This document shows positions 12,375 through 20,934 of a DNA stretch of 64,000 nucleotides, piece after piece. Each line of letters starts with the position of its first letter. The first letter of the stretch is position 1. The position numbers and the translations under genes were made by a program. The stretch comes from Chloroflexota bacterium (lineage in GTDB: Bacteria; Chloroflexota; Anaerolineae; DTLA01): positions 1,206 through 65,205 of the forward strand of contig JACIWU010000005.1 of assembly GCA_014360805.1 (NCBI GenBank), given 5' to 3'. Under the pieces are notes generated by a model. That model was not told where the DNA came from and made no database searches. It saw only the letters and a program-made list of their open reading frames with translations.

Positions 12375-12810
12375 ACTTCGCGCAGATTCGTACTATTCGT
12401 AGATGCGCATGACCCCGCGCGGGGCTGAACCCCCGCGCTACGTGGGCGAAGCCCCCTCCGGGGGCTAACCCCAGCCCGCAGGGCATCGCCCTCTCAGCCC
12501 GATGCTTCAGCGTCGGGCGGGCACGCCAGCACATCCCCTCTCCCACTGGGAGAGGGCTAGGGTGAGGGGCGACGCGCGGGGCTGAACCCCCGCGCTACGT
12601 GGGCGAAGCCTCCTCCGGGGGCTAACCCCAGCCCGCAGGGCTTCGCCCTCTCAGCCCGATGCTTCAGCGTCGGGCGACAAGGAACCGCGAACCCACGCGA
12701 ATAAACGCGAATTTGCCCCAGCCCGCAGGGCTTCGCCCCTTCAGCCCGATGCTTCAGCGTCGGGCTGAACACCCTTCGCGCAGATTCGTGTGATTCCTGG
12801 ATGCCCATGA
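12375..12810. repeat. Non-coding structured repeat block (family B). Two full ~100-bp copies (12415..12508 and 12574..12676) and one partial copy (12716..12776), bracketed by about 35-bp direct repeats (12376..12413 and 12774..12812)
   Basis: The unit gggctgaacccccgcgctacgtgggcgaagccccctccgggggctaaccccagcccgcagggcttcgccctctcagcccgatgcttcagcgtcgggcg contains nested inverted repeats: gggcgaagcc/ggcttcgccc, ccccctccggggg and cagcccga/tcgggctg. ORFs 12316..12546 and 12557..12808 in the track are artefacts of this block. Confidence 0.8.
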
Positions 12811-12828
12811 CCTGCTTTTTGACAGCAG

Positions 12829-12857
12829 CCCCTCCAAATGGTACAATATGTCAGACA
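12829..12857 (+). promoter_or_regulatory. Consensus sigma70 promoter: TTGACA, 17 bp spacer, TACAAT
   Basis: Exact -35 hexamer (12829..12834) and -10 TACAAT (12852..12857), 65 nt upstream of the 12923 ATG. GGAGG RBS at 12911. Confidence 0.7.
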
Positions 12858-12858
12858 T

Positions 12859-12874
12859 CTGACAAACCTGCCGA
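12859..12874 (+). promoter_or_regulatory. Perfect 7-2-7 palindromic operator-like site TGTCAGA-CA-TCTGACA overlapping the predicted transcription start
   Basis: Begins 2 nt after the -10 box. No matching palindrome elsewhere in the window. Confidence 0.5.
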
Positions 12875-12922
12875 GGACGCATCCGACCGCAAACGGCAGG
12901 AAGCATACCACGGAGGCAAGGC

Positions 12923-14392
12923 ATGATTGACCTGACCCTTCACCCTGAATCTCTGCAACGTTCGGTGCAGCGGGCCCGCGAACGGCACATCATCATCCCC
13001 ACCTTCGCCCAGATGAAAGACCCGTCGCTCATCCCCGACTCCATCAAGGCGCGGCTGAAGAACGTCGGCTTGTGGGACGTGAATCCCCTCAACCTGTTCC
13101 GCATCACGTGGAAGAACGAGCCGGTGCCCTTCGGCGGCGGGTTTGACGGGGTCAACTACGTGGAACTGCCGCCTTCGCTAACGGGGGTGCCCGCCCGCAT
13201 CATCGCCCTCGTGGGCAAATGGTTCCCCACGGGCGCGCACAAGGTGGGCGCCACCTTTGGCTGCCTGGTTCCGCGGCTGGTAACGGGCCAGTTTGACCCT
13301 TCCTACCACAAGGCCGTCTGGCCGTCCACCGGCAACTTCTGCCGGGGCGGGGCGTACAACGCCGCGCTCCTGGGTTGCGAGTCCATCGCCATCCTGCCCG
13401 AGGAAATGAGCCGCGAGCGGTTTGAGTGGCTATCCAAACTCGCCGGCGAGGTGATCGCCACCCCAGGCTGCGAAAGCAACGTCAAGGAAATCTTTGACAA
13501 ATGCTGGGAACTCCGCAGGACCCGCGGCGACAAAGTCTTCATCTTCAACCAGTTTGAGGAGTTCGGCAACTACCTTTGGCATTACGAGGTCACCGGCCAC
13601 GCGATGGAAGAAGTGCTGCGCCAGGTGATGGGGCCGCGCGACGAGTACCGAGGCGTGGTGCTCACCACCGGCTCGGCGGGCACCATCGGCTGCGGCGACT
13701 ACATGAAGCAGGTCTTCCCCGCCAGCAAGGTCGCCGCCAGCGAGGCGCTCCAGTGTCCCACGCTGCTCCTCAACGGCTTCGGCGGACACCGCATTGAGGG
13801 CATCGGCGACAAGCACGTGCCCTGGGTGCACAACATCAAGAACACCGATCTCGTGATGGCCATAGACGACGAAGCGTGCGTCAGCCTGGTGCGCCTATTC
13901 AACGAGCCGGCCGGTCGGGCCTACCTGGTCAAGCGCGGCGTCCCCGAATCCCTCGTCGGGCGGCTGGACCTGCTGGGCATCTCCAGCATCGCCAACGTCC
14001 TGTCGGCCATCAAGTTCGCCAAGTGGTACGAACTCGGCGAGCACGACATCGTGCTGACGGTCTGGACCGACTCCATGGAACTGTACCAGAGCCGCGTGCA
14101 GGAATTGCGCGCCGAGCGCGGCGAGTACACCGAAAAGGACGCCGCGGCCGACTACAGCCGCTACCTGCTGGGGTGCAGCGTGGACTACGTGGAGGAACTG
14201 GGCTACTGGGACCGCAAGCGGGTGCACAACCTCAAGTACTTCACATGGGTAGAGCAGCAGGGCAAGACCGTGGCCGAGATTCAGGCCCAGTGGTACGACC
14301 CGGACTACTGGACCGGGTTCCAGCGCCAGGTTCCGGAGATAGACGCGCTCATCCAGCAGTTCAACGAGATGACGGGATTGCTGAAGGGCTAG
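12923..14392 (+). CDS. PLP-dependent fold-type II enzyme, TrpB-like (tryptophan synthase beta-related) family
   Basis: 489 aa. The FPTGAHKVGA motif resembles the TrpB HTGAHK lysine motif. Gly-rich GSAGTIGCG PLP-phosphate loop. C-terminal extension. Confidence 0.6.
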   Translation: MIDLTLHPESLQRSVQRARERHIIIPTFAQMKDPSLIPDSIKARLKNVGLWDVNPLNLFRITWKNEPVPFGGGFDGVNYVELPPSLTGVPARIIALVGKWFPTGAHKVGATFGCLVPRLVTGQFDPSYHKAVWPSTGNFCRGGAYNAALLGCESIAILPEEMSRERFEWLSKLAGEVIATPGCESNVKEIFDKCWELRRTRGDKVFIFNQFEEFGNYLWHYEVTGHAMEEVLRQVMGPRDEYRGVVLTTGSAGTIGCGDYMKQVFPASKVAASEALQCPTLLLNGFGGHRIEGIGDKHVPWVHNIKNTDLVMAIDDEACVSLVRLFNEPAGRAYLVKRGVPESLVGRLDLLGISSIANVLSAIKFAKWYELGEHDIVLTVWTDSMELYQSRVQELRAERGEYTEKDAAADYSRYLLGCSVDYVEELGYWDRKRVHNLKYFTWVEQQGKTVAEIQAQWYDPDYWTGFQRQVPEIDALIQQFNEMTGLLKG

Positions 14393-14582
14393 CCCGTAGC
14401 CCATCCGTAGGGCAGGTTTCCATACCTGACCTATGGATGGGGGGGCAGCCCGCAGGGGGTTACCCCTCACATCCCCCTGACCCCCTTCTCTCCCCGCAGG
14501 CGGGGCGAAAAGGGGGAATGGGCGCGCGGGGCTGGGCCGTCTCCTCTCCCGCCGAGAGTATGGGCGACGCATGCGGTAGGAG

Positions 14583-14617
14583 CGACACATGTGTCGGGGC
14601 GACACATGTATCGCCCC
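14583..14617. other. Two adjacent ACATGT-centred palindromes (CGACACATGTGTCG perfect 14-mer; GGGCGACACATGTATCGCCC) in a convergent intergenic gap
   Basis: Seen directly in the sequence. Lies between the 3' ends of the TrpB-like gene and the nitroreductase gene. Confidence 0.5.
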
Positions 14618-14638
14618 TACTTTGCGCCGGGCGCGGCA

Positions 14639-15217
14639 TCACTCGCGGCTCCCTGCGCCCTCCCCGAACGTCCAGCGATCCCACGCCACCGTCTCCGCAA
14701 ACGGCTTGCGCGTGCGCGGCTTCTCATCCTTGGCCCGCGTCTCCTCGTCCAGCAGGTCAATGGGGCCTTCGTATCCCAGCGCGACCACCGCCACGACGCT
14801 GTACGCTTCCGGGATGTCCAGGGCCGCCTTCACCTTGGGCGCGCTGTAGCCAGCCATCGGGTGGCCCATCAGCCCCTCCTGCACGGCCGCCAGCAGCAGG
14901 TTCTCCACCCCCAACCCGCACGCGAACAGATGGTACGAGACGGGGTCATCCTTGCGCACATAGTCGTCCTCGGCCCGTGCGCACACCGCGATGAGCACCG
15001 GAGCCTTCCACGCCCAGCGGTTGCCGCGGTTCAGCGCCTCCCGAAATGCCGCCAGGCGCTGCGGGTCGCGCACCACGACAAACCGCCACGGCTGATTGTT
15101 GTTGGCCGAGGGAGCCCAGCGCGCCGCCTCCAAAATGCGCAGCAGGGCATCTTCGGGCACGGGTTTGTCCAGAAAGGACCGCTTGCTATGTCGGCGGAAG
15201 AAAAGAGAGTCCTCCAT
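14639..15217 (-). CDS. Nitroreductase family protein (start placed at MEDSLFF)
   Basis: RHSKRSFLDKPVPEDALLRILEAARWAPSANNNQPWRFVVV is a canonical nitroreductase N-terminus. The 20-aa upstream extension in the track is optional. Confidence 0.75.
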   Translation of the reverse strand: MEDSLFFRRHSKRSFLDKPVPEDALLRILEAARWAPSANNNQPWRFVVVRDPQRLAAFREALNRGNRWAWKAPVLIAVCARAEDDYVRKDDPVSYHLFACGLGVENLLLAAVQEGLMGHPMAGYSAPKVKAALDIPEAYSVVAVVALGYEGPIDLLDEETRAKDEKPRTRKPFAETVAWDRWTFGEGAGSRE

Positions 15218-15284
15218 AAGAACCCCCGAGCGTGGTAATTTGCGCGAAACTATAGGACGGACAGCCGTGGGTGTCAAACCGAGC

Positions 15285-18014
15285 CTAGCGGCCTACTTTG
15301 GGAATCCACAGCCGATAGCGCGGCGTGGGCGTCGGACTTGGAGTCGGGCTAGGGGTTGGGCCGGGCGGCGTGCCCACGCTCACCTGGTCTATGACGGCCA
15401 CGGTGGGCCGCTGCGAGGAGTCCTGCCAGACGTTGAGAATCAACTGCACGGTGCGCCCGCGCCACGGCGAAAGGTCGTACACGAACAGTTGCCAGCCCGG
15501 CGTCGTCTGCCACACCGTGCGCGGCGGCATCGGCTCGTACCGCGTCGTGCCATCAATGAGGAGCACCTCCAGCCAGTCGTGGCCGGCCTCGCTCTCCAGG
15601 GTTACCACCTGGTACACAAGCGACAGGTACACCGGCGATTGCGTCTGCGGTATGGCGATGCTCTGGCTGACGGTGGAATTGCCGCCGCCGCCCAACTCCG
15701 GCTGGCCCACGAAGTCCTTGCCCAGCGCCAGCGACCGCAGGCCGGCGAACCCGGCGGTGTGAACCTGCGCGGGCGTACTCCCGCCAGGGGTCCAGCCCTC
15801 CAGCCCCGCCTCAAAATCCCCGTTGCTGACCAGGTTCACCCCAGGCGCGACGAACACGTCAAACCCCGCCACGCTTCCATCCAGCCGCAGATGGCGCGGC
15901 GACCAGGGGCTATACCCCAGCGCGTAGCCGCGGATGCCGTAGTCGCCCTTCGGAAGCCCCGCCACTTGCCACCAGCCCGACTCGTCGGCGGCGATGGTGC
16001 TCGGCATGCCCCAGGCGTTGGTTACAATCACGCTCCCGCCGGGCACCGGCGTGCCCAGGGGGTTCAGGATGCGCCCGCTGAGGACCGTGCTGGCAATCGG
16101 CGTGGGCGTCGGCGTGGCCGTGGGCTGGGGCGTTGCCGTCGGCGTGCTGGGCAGCGCGATGACGGTCTCGGTCTGCGCGGCGCGAGGCGTCGCTCCGGCG
16201 TTGCCGGCGCGGTCCACGCCGCGCGCCGCGAACCCATACGAATGCCCGGGCACGCCGCTGTAGGTCGCCGACGTGGCTTGCGTGCCCTGCAACCACAACA
16301 CCATCGGCCCGCCGTCCACGGACACGAACACATCGTAGGCGACGACGCCCGACCCCTCATCCGTTCCCTGCCAGGAGACCGTGAAACTCGTCGGGCTGTA
16401 CAGGGGAAGATCTTGCACGGTAACGACTGGCGGCGTAGTGTCCCGCTCCACCAGCATCAGCGGGCGACCGCCGATCATGTAGGTGATATGATCGGGCAGG
16501 TTGCGATTGGTGGCGGCAGGCAGCATCACCGTGTACGCCCCGTTCGTAGGGGTCAGAGGCTGCGCCGAGCCGTCCTGGCCAAGCGCCATAGCCTGGGTTC
16601 CCACCGCGCCCACCTGAACAACGACGGGCGACCCACGCGTGGCCCACAGGAACAGCACGCGCTCGCGCGTGTCGGGGCGATAGTAGGCGATCTCCTCGTG
16701 GTCGCCCTGAAGGTTGCGCCGCCAGAGGGGGATCGCCCCGTTGAGGTACGCGGCCGCCAGTTGGTAAGCCTTGTACGAGGGCCGAGGCGAATTGGGCGAC
16801 GAATGGCTCCGAAAACAGATGGCGTCGGCGGGGTTCCGGTACAGCCCGTAGGCATCGCCCACGTCGTTCGTGCCCGCGGGACTGTTGCCGCAATCGTCGT
16901 ACAATTGGAAATGGAAAATCCGCTCGGCGCCGGCGTAGAACCCGTAGGCGTAGTTCTGGATGATGTAAGCCGCCTGCTCCTCCATCGTGGCGCGGTACAG
17001 GCTGGCAGGGTCCCACGTGGGGCCTGGATAGTCGTTCCAGACCGGCACGCCGCTCTCGTTGATCCAGATGGCCTTCGCCCCCAGGCCGTACTTCTGGAGC
17101 AGCGTGCGCACGCGCCGCACCTGGTAGTATGTCTCATACGACGTGCTGTAGATGTGCAGAGGGAGGACGTCAAAGTACCAGCCATTGGCGTCGCGCTGCG
17201 TCCGCGCGGTGTCGGCCTTCATGACCTCCAGCAGGTTTTCCAGCCAGTTGGGCGTGATGTAGATGGCCAGGCCGCCCAAGAGCACCGTGCAATCCGGATC
17301 GGCGAACTTGGCCGCGATGTACGCCACCTTCAGTAGGCGATAGTAGTCCTGCACCGAGCCGTTCCAGAACAGGGCGTAGTCCGGCTCGTTCCAAATCTCC
17401 CAGTGGCGGATGCGCGGGGTGTAGCGCGCCACAGCCTCGTAAACAAACCTGGCCCACGGGTTGGCAGAGTTGACGCTCTTGCCCGGAGCCGGAATATCCG
17501 TGCCATCGCTGAAGATCGGCGCGTATAGATTCTTGGGCGCGGAACTGGCCGGGCTAATCGGTTGCCGCTCGCTCGGCCCGGATAGGGGCACCGGCCGCTT
17601 GCCCACCTGCGGCAGAGGCGCGCCGCTCTGCCCAGCCGTCGCGTACTGGGAAGGCGTGCCCAGCAGGATGGCGTTGGTCCTGAGTCCGTTGGCCTGATCG
17701 GACGCGACGACGCGGTCCACGGCGCTCCAATCAAAAGCGCCGCTGCTCTGCTCCACGTTCCCCCAGTAGATGGGCCAGCGGTTCCAGGCCGCGCCGGCGG
17801 CAACCGCCTTGCCATACCGCCCCGCGTCCGCGGGAGCCTCGGCGGAACTCACGAAACACAGGCCGAAGCGGTCGTTGAGTGGCACCGTCTGGCCGATGAC
17901 CTCATCCGGCTCGGGCGGGCGGAACGCGCCCACCGCGGCAGGCCCGGGCACCTGCGTGAGGGCCAGGCAGACGACGATGTACAGGAGCCCCAACCGCAAC
18001 CGACGCGATGTCAT
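15285..18014 (-). CDS. Secreted multidomain glycoside hydrolase (clan GH-A TIM barrel, GH5/GH39-like) with FN3-like, Thr/Pro linker and C-terminal carbohydrate-binding-like domains. Start re-placed at ATG 18014 (MTSRRLRLGLLYIVV...)
   Basis: Signal peptide. HWEIWNEPD catalytic-acid motif. Linkers PTPTATPQPTATPTPTPIAS and [14 protein letters not shown]. The 136-codon upstream extension in the track overlaps the next gene and is not coding. Confidence 0.7.
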   Translation of the reverse strand: MTSRRLRLGLLYIVVCLALTQVPGPAAVGAFRPPEPDEVIGQTVPLNDRFGLCFVSSAEAPADAGRYGKAVAAGAAWNRWPIYWGNVEQSSGAFDWSAVDRVVASDQANGLRTNAILLGTPSQYATAGQSGAPLPQVGKRPVPLSGPSERQPISPASSAPKNLYAPIFSDGTDIPAPGKSVNSANPWARFVYEAVARYTPRIRHWEIWNEPDYALFWNGSVQDYYRLLKVAYIAAKFADPDCTVLLGGLAIYITPNWLENLLEVMKADTARTQRDANGWYFDVLPLHIYSTSYETYYQVRRVRTLLQKYGLGAKAIWINESGVPVWNDYPGPTWDPASLYRATMEEQAAYIIQNYAYGFYAGAERIFHFQLYDDCGNSPAGTNDVGDAYGLYRNPADAICFRSHSSPNSPRPSYKAYQLAAAYLNGAIPLWRRNLQGDHEEIAYYRPDTRERVLFLWATRGSPVVVQVGAVGTQAMALGQDGSAQPLTPTNGAYTVMLPAATNRNLPDHITYMIGGRPLMLVERDTTPPVVTVQDLPLYSPTSFTVSWQGTDEGSGVVAYDVFVSVDGGPMVLWLQGTQATSATYSGVPGHSYGFAARGVDRAGNAGATPRAAQTETVIALPSTPTATPQPTATPTPTPIASTVLSGRILNPLGTPVPGGSVIVTNAWGMPSTIAADESGWWQVAGLPKGDYGIRGYALGYSPWSPRHLRLDGSVAGFDVFVAPGVNLVSNGDFEAGLEGWTPGGSTPAQVHTAGFAGLRSLALGKDFVGQPELGGGGNSTVSQSIAIPQTQSPVYLSLVYQVVTLESEAGHDWLEVLLIDGTTRYEPMPPRTVWQTTPGWQLFVYDLSPWRGRTVQLILNVWQDSSQRPTVAVIDQVSVGTPPGPTPSPTPSPTPTPRYRLWIPKVGR

Positions 18015-18037
18015 TTGCCCTTCCCGCTCTCCCTGGA

Positions 18038-18526
18038 TTAGAACTCCACGGTCTCGGCCTCGTGGGTTTCCGTATCGTACAACGCAAAAGTCGGCTTCCC
18101 GAAACGCCCCATCACCTCGCCTGGGTTGAGCACCAGGGTGCGCCCCTCCCACGTGTGGACGGCCTTGTGGGTGTGGCCGAAGAAGACGGCGTCGTACCGT
18201 CCCGACGGGGCGATGGCCGCGGCGATGTGCGGGTAATGGGTCAGCGCGATCTTCCGGCCGCCCAGTTCCAATTCCGCCAGGCCATCCGTGTACAGGCGAA
18301 CGCGCCCGCTCCCCGAGGCCACGCGGAGCAGAAGCGCCACGTCGCCGTCGTTGTTGCCCTGCATGACGTGGATCGGCCCCGCGAACCCGTCGGCCAGCAT
18401 CTTCAGCGAGAACGGCGCGCACAGGTCGCCGCAGAACAGGAGCACATCGGCCCCCTGAACCCGCCGCAGCGCCTTCTCCAGATTCCAGATGTTGTCGTGG
18501 CTATCGGACATGACCGCGATCTTCAT
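18038..18526 (-). CDS. Metallophosphoesterase, YfcE/MJ0936 family (start at MKIAVMSDSHDN)
   Basis: MKIAVMSDSHDN...GDLCAP...GNND...GHTH motifs of the calcineurin-like phosphodiesterase family. 163 aa. Confidence 0.75.
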   Translation of the reverse strand: MKIAVMSDSHDNIWNLEKALRRVQGADVLLFCGDLCAPFSLKMLADGFAGPIHVMQGNNDGDVALLLRVASGSGRVRLYTDGLAELELGGRKIALTHYPHIAAAIAPSGRYDAVFFGHTHKAVHTWEGRTLVLNPGEVMGRFGKPTFALYDTETHEAETVEF

Positions 18527-18763
18527 GCACACCTCCTGCACCGAGAGAGTTGCAGGAAGTATACCACAGCCGTGCGGTGTTGACAGGAGACACCGTGCAA
18601 CTTGCGGGCCAAACCCGCGGCGAAGGCGCGAAGCAAGGCATGCGCGAACCGTGCGCGGCGCCCCGATCCGCCTGGACCTACGTGGGTCCACTTCGCGTCA
18701 GACTCAGTTCCAAACCGGATTGGTCTGTCCCGCACACCGCCTTCCCGCTCCTTGTCATGCTGA

Positions 18764-18897
18764 GCCGAAGGCAGAGGGCAGGTATGGAAACCTGCCCTAC
18801 ACTCGCCATGGGTTGGCGCCGCAATCCCAAGACCCGTAGGGCGGCTTTCCATAGCCGCCCAAGGCAGAAGCCGGGCACGGAAACCTGCCCTACGGCC
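18764..18897. repeat. Family A double-hairpin repeat: one partial copy (18764..18800) and one full copy (18836..18897)
   Basis: cgtagggcggctttccatagccgcc...ggaaacctgccctacgg. Matches copies at 22251, 22359, 32468, 41750, 51890 and 63834. Confidence 0.8.
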
Positions 18898-19036
18898 CAT
18901 TCGTTTCATGCTGCCGCCCGTCGGTCTGCCAAGTTCCCACCGAAATGTACACGGTGCACACTACCCTCAGCGCACCATTTGTCGCACCGCGCCGTGCTGT
19001 GGTACAATTCGGCACGCTTCGGAGGCGCAAGGACGC

Positions 19037-20032
19037 ATGTGGAACATAATCGGGCATGAATGGGCCGTTCGCCTCCTGTCCGGCAGCCTTGCGGACGGGC
19101 GGTTGTCCCATGCGTACCTGTTCACGGGGCCGCCAGGGGTGGGCAAGACCACGCTGGCCCTGAACTTCGCGCAGGCCATCGTGTGCGAGGGCAGCGAGCC
19201 GCCCTGCCAACAATGCGCCCCCTGCCAGCAGGTCGCGCGGCTGACCCATCCCGACGTGCGGCTGGTGGAAGCCGATGGCGCGACGTTCAAGATCGGCCAG
19301 GTGCGCGAACTGGAGCGAGAGGCGGCGCTGGCGCCCCATTCGGCCCGCCACCGCGTGTACATCCTGGCCGAGACCGAGCGCATGTCCAGAGAGGCGGCCA
19401 ATGCGCTCCTAAAGACGCTGGAGGAGCCGCCGGAGCCGGTCGTGCTGATCCTGCTGGCCAGCGATGCGGCCCTGCTTCCGCCGACCATCGTGTCGCGCTG
19501 CCAGTGCCTGGATCTGCGGCCGGTGCCGCTGCGCCAACTGGCGCAGTCGCTGGTGGAGCGCGAGGGGGCCGACCCCGCGCAGGCCGAACTCCTGGCGAGG
19601 GCGAGCGGCGGCAGGCCCGGCTGGGCCATCTCGGCCCTGCGCGACCCGTCGGTCATGCAGGCGCGCATCCGGCATCTGGACGACCTGCAACGCCTGCTGG
19701 GGAGCGACCTAGTAGAGCGGTGGCAATGGGCCGCCGAGGCCTCCACCGACCGGCGCGCCGTGCGCGAACTGCTGGACTTCTGGGTGTCCTGGTGGCGCGA
19801 CGTGCTCCTGGTGGCCGCGGGCCAGGGCGACAACATCGCCAACCTGGACCGCCGCGACGCCTTGCAGGCCGTGGCCGCCTGGTGCCCGGCTGACAGCGCC
19901 CGCGCCTTTCTCGCCCAGGCGCTGCGCACCATGCGGAGCCTGGCGCAAAACGTCAACACGCGGCTGGCGCTGGAGGTTCTGACCATGGACATGCCTTCGG
20001 CGCCCCGACGGCAAGAAACTCACGGAGGGTGA
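19037..20032 (+). CDS. holB: DNA polymerase III subunit delta-prime (start at ATG 19037, MWNIIGHEW)
   Basis: YLFTGPPGVGKTTLA Walker A. CxxCxxC zinc module (CQQCAPCQQ). SRC motif (IVSRCQ). Confidence 0.85.
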   Translation: MWNIIGHEWAVRLLSGSLADGRLSHAYLFTGPPGVGKTTLALNFAQAIVCEGSEPPCQQCAPCQQVARLTHPDVRLVEADGATFKIGQVRELEREAALAPHSARHRVYILAETERMSREAANALLKTLEEPPEPVVLILLASDAALLPPTIVSRCQCLDLRPVPLRQLAQSLVEREGADPAQAELLARASGGRPGWAISALRDPSVMQARIRHLDDLQRLLGSDLVERWQWAAEASTDRRAVRELLDFWVSWWRDVLLVAAGQGDNIANLDRRDALQAVAAWCPADSARAFLAQALRTMRSLAQNVNTRLALEVLTMDMPSAPRRQETHGG

Positions 20033-20058
20033 ACCGTCCGGTTCACGGATGGGAGAAT

Positions 20059-20934
20059 ATGCCAAGAGTTGTAGGAATACGGTTCAAACCGGCTACGAAG
20101 ATTTACTATTTTGACCCGCAAGACCATGACCTGAAAGCGGGGGACTTCGTCGTGGTGGAGACCACCCGCGGCAAAGAAATCGGCCGGGTCGTCATCCCGC
20201 CGACCGATGTCCCCGAAAACGAAGTGGTGGGGCAACTCAAGCCCATAGAGCGCGTGGCCACCGCCTGGGACACGATGCAGATGCACCAGCGGCAGGCTGA
20301 GGAGCCGAAACTCCTCGCCCAGTGCCGCGCCAAGGTGGCCGAATCCCGCCTGCCCATGAAGGTCATCCGCGCCGAGCAGAGTTTTGACGGCACACGCATC
20401 ACCTTCTACTTCACGGCGGAACAGCGTGTGGACTTCCGCCAACTGGTCAAGGACCTGGCCAAAATGTTCAAGGCGCGGATAGAACTGCGACAGGTGGGTG
20501 TGCGGGACGACGCCAAACTCCTGGGCGGCATCGGGATATGCGGTCGGCCCCTGTGCTGCGCCACGTTCCTGTCCGAGTTCCACCAAGTCGCCATCAAGAT
20601 GGCGAAGCAGCAGGACCTGCCGTTGAGCCCCAACGAAATCTCGGGGGTCTGCGGGCGGCTGCTGTGCTGCCTGGCCTACGAGTACGAGACCTACGCGGAA
20701 CTGCGCAAGAACCTGCCCAAGAAGAACGAGATCGTGCAGACGCCCTACGGCCAGGGGAAGGTCGTTGAGGTGCACCCGCTGAAGGAACAGGTGGTCGTCC
20801 TGTTTGAAGACGGCGACACCAAAACCGTCAGCGCCGCGGAACTGGGCCTGAAACCAGGCGCGGGCAGATCATCCGAGCACGAGGAACCCGACGACACGCC
20901 AGAGGCCGATGAGGACGATTGGCCGGCGGACTAA
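20059..20934 (+). CDS. ricT: PSP1 C-terminal domain protein (RicT/YaaT homolog). Start at MPRVVGIRFK
   Basis: N-terminus VVGIRFKPATKIYYFD. PSP1 cysteine motifs GGIGICGRPLCCATF and GVCGRLLCCLAYE. holB-yaaT adjacency as in Bacillus. Confidence 0.8.
   Translation: MPRVVGIRFKPATKIYYFDPQDHDLKAGDFVVVETTRGKEIGRVVIPPTDVPENEVVGQLKPIERVATAWDTMQMHQRQAEEPKLLAQCRAKVAESRLPMKVIRAEQSFDGTRITFYFTAEQRVDFRQLVKDLAKMFKARIELRQVGVRDDAKLLGGIGICGRPLCCATFLSEFHQVAIKMAKQQDLPLSPNEISGVCGRLLCCLAYEYETYAELRKNLPKKNEIVQTPYGQGKVVEVHPLKEQVVVLFEDGDTKTVSAAELGLKPGAGRSSEHEEPDDTPEADEDDWPAD

Noticed and set aside
12316-12808. Track ORFs 12316..12546 and 12557..12808 (containing PTLKHRAERAKPCGLG repeats)
   Set aside because: They are translations of the family B nucleotide repeat. 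The repeated peptide reflects repeated DNA, not a gene.
12375-12810. Possible CRISPR array
   Set aside because: Units are about 100 bp, internally palindromic, and contiguous without unique spacers. No cas genes or leader are present. Better described as a REP/MITE-like array.
18523-18909. ORFs through family A repeats (18523..18909, 18550..19059, 22213..22434, 21833..22330, 32379..33035 N-terminal part, 63728..63981)
   Set aside because: They share the peptide fragments RAAFHSR/GRYGNLPY/METCPT generated by the repeat in different loci. They are intergenic and palindromic and have no RBS.
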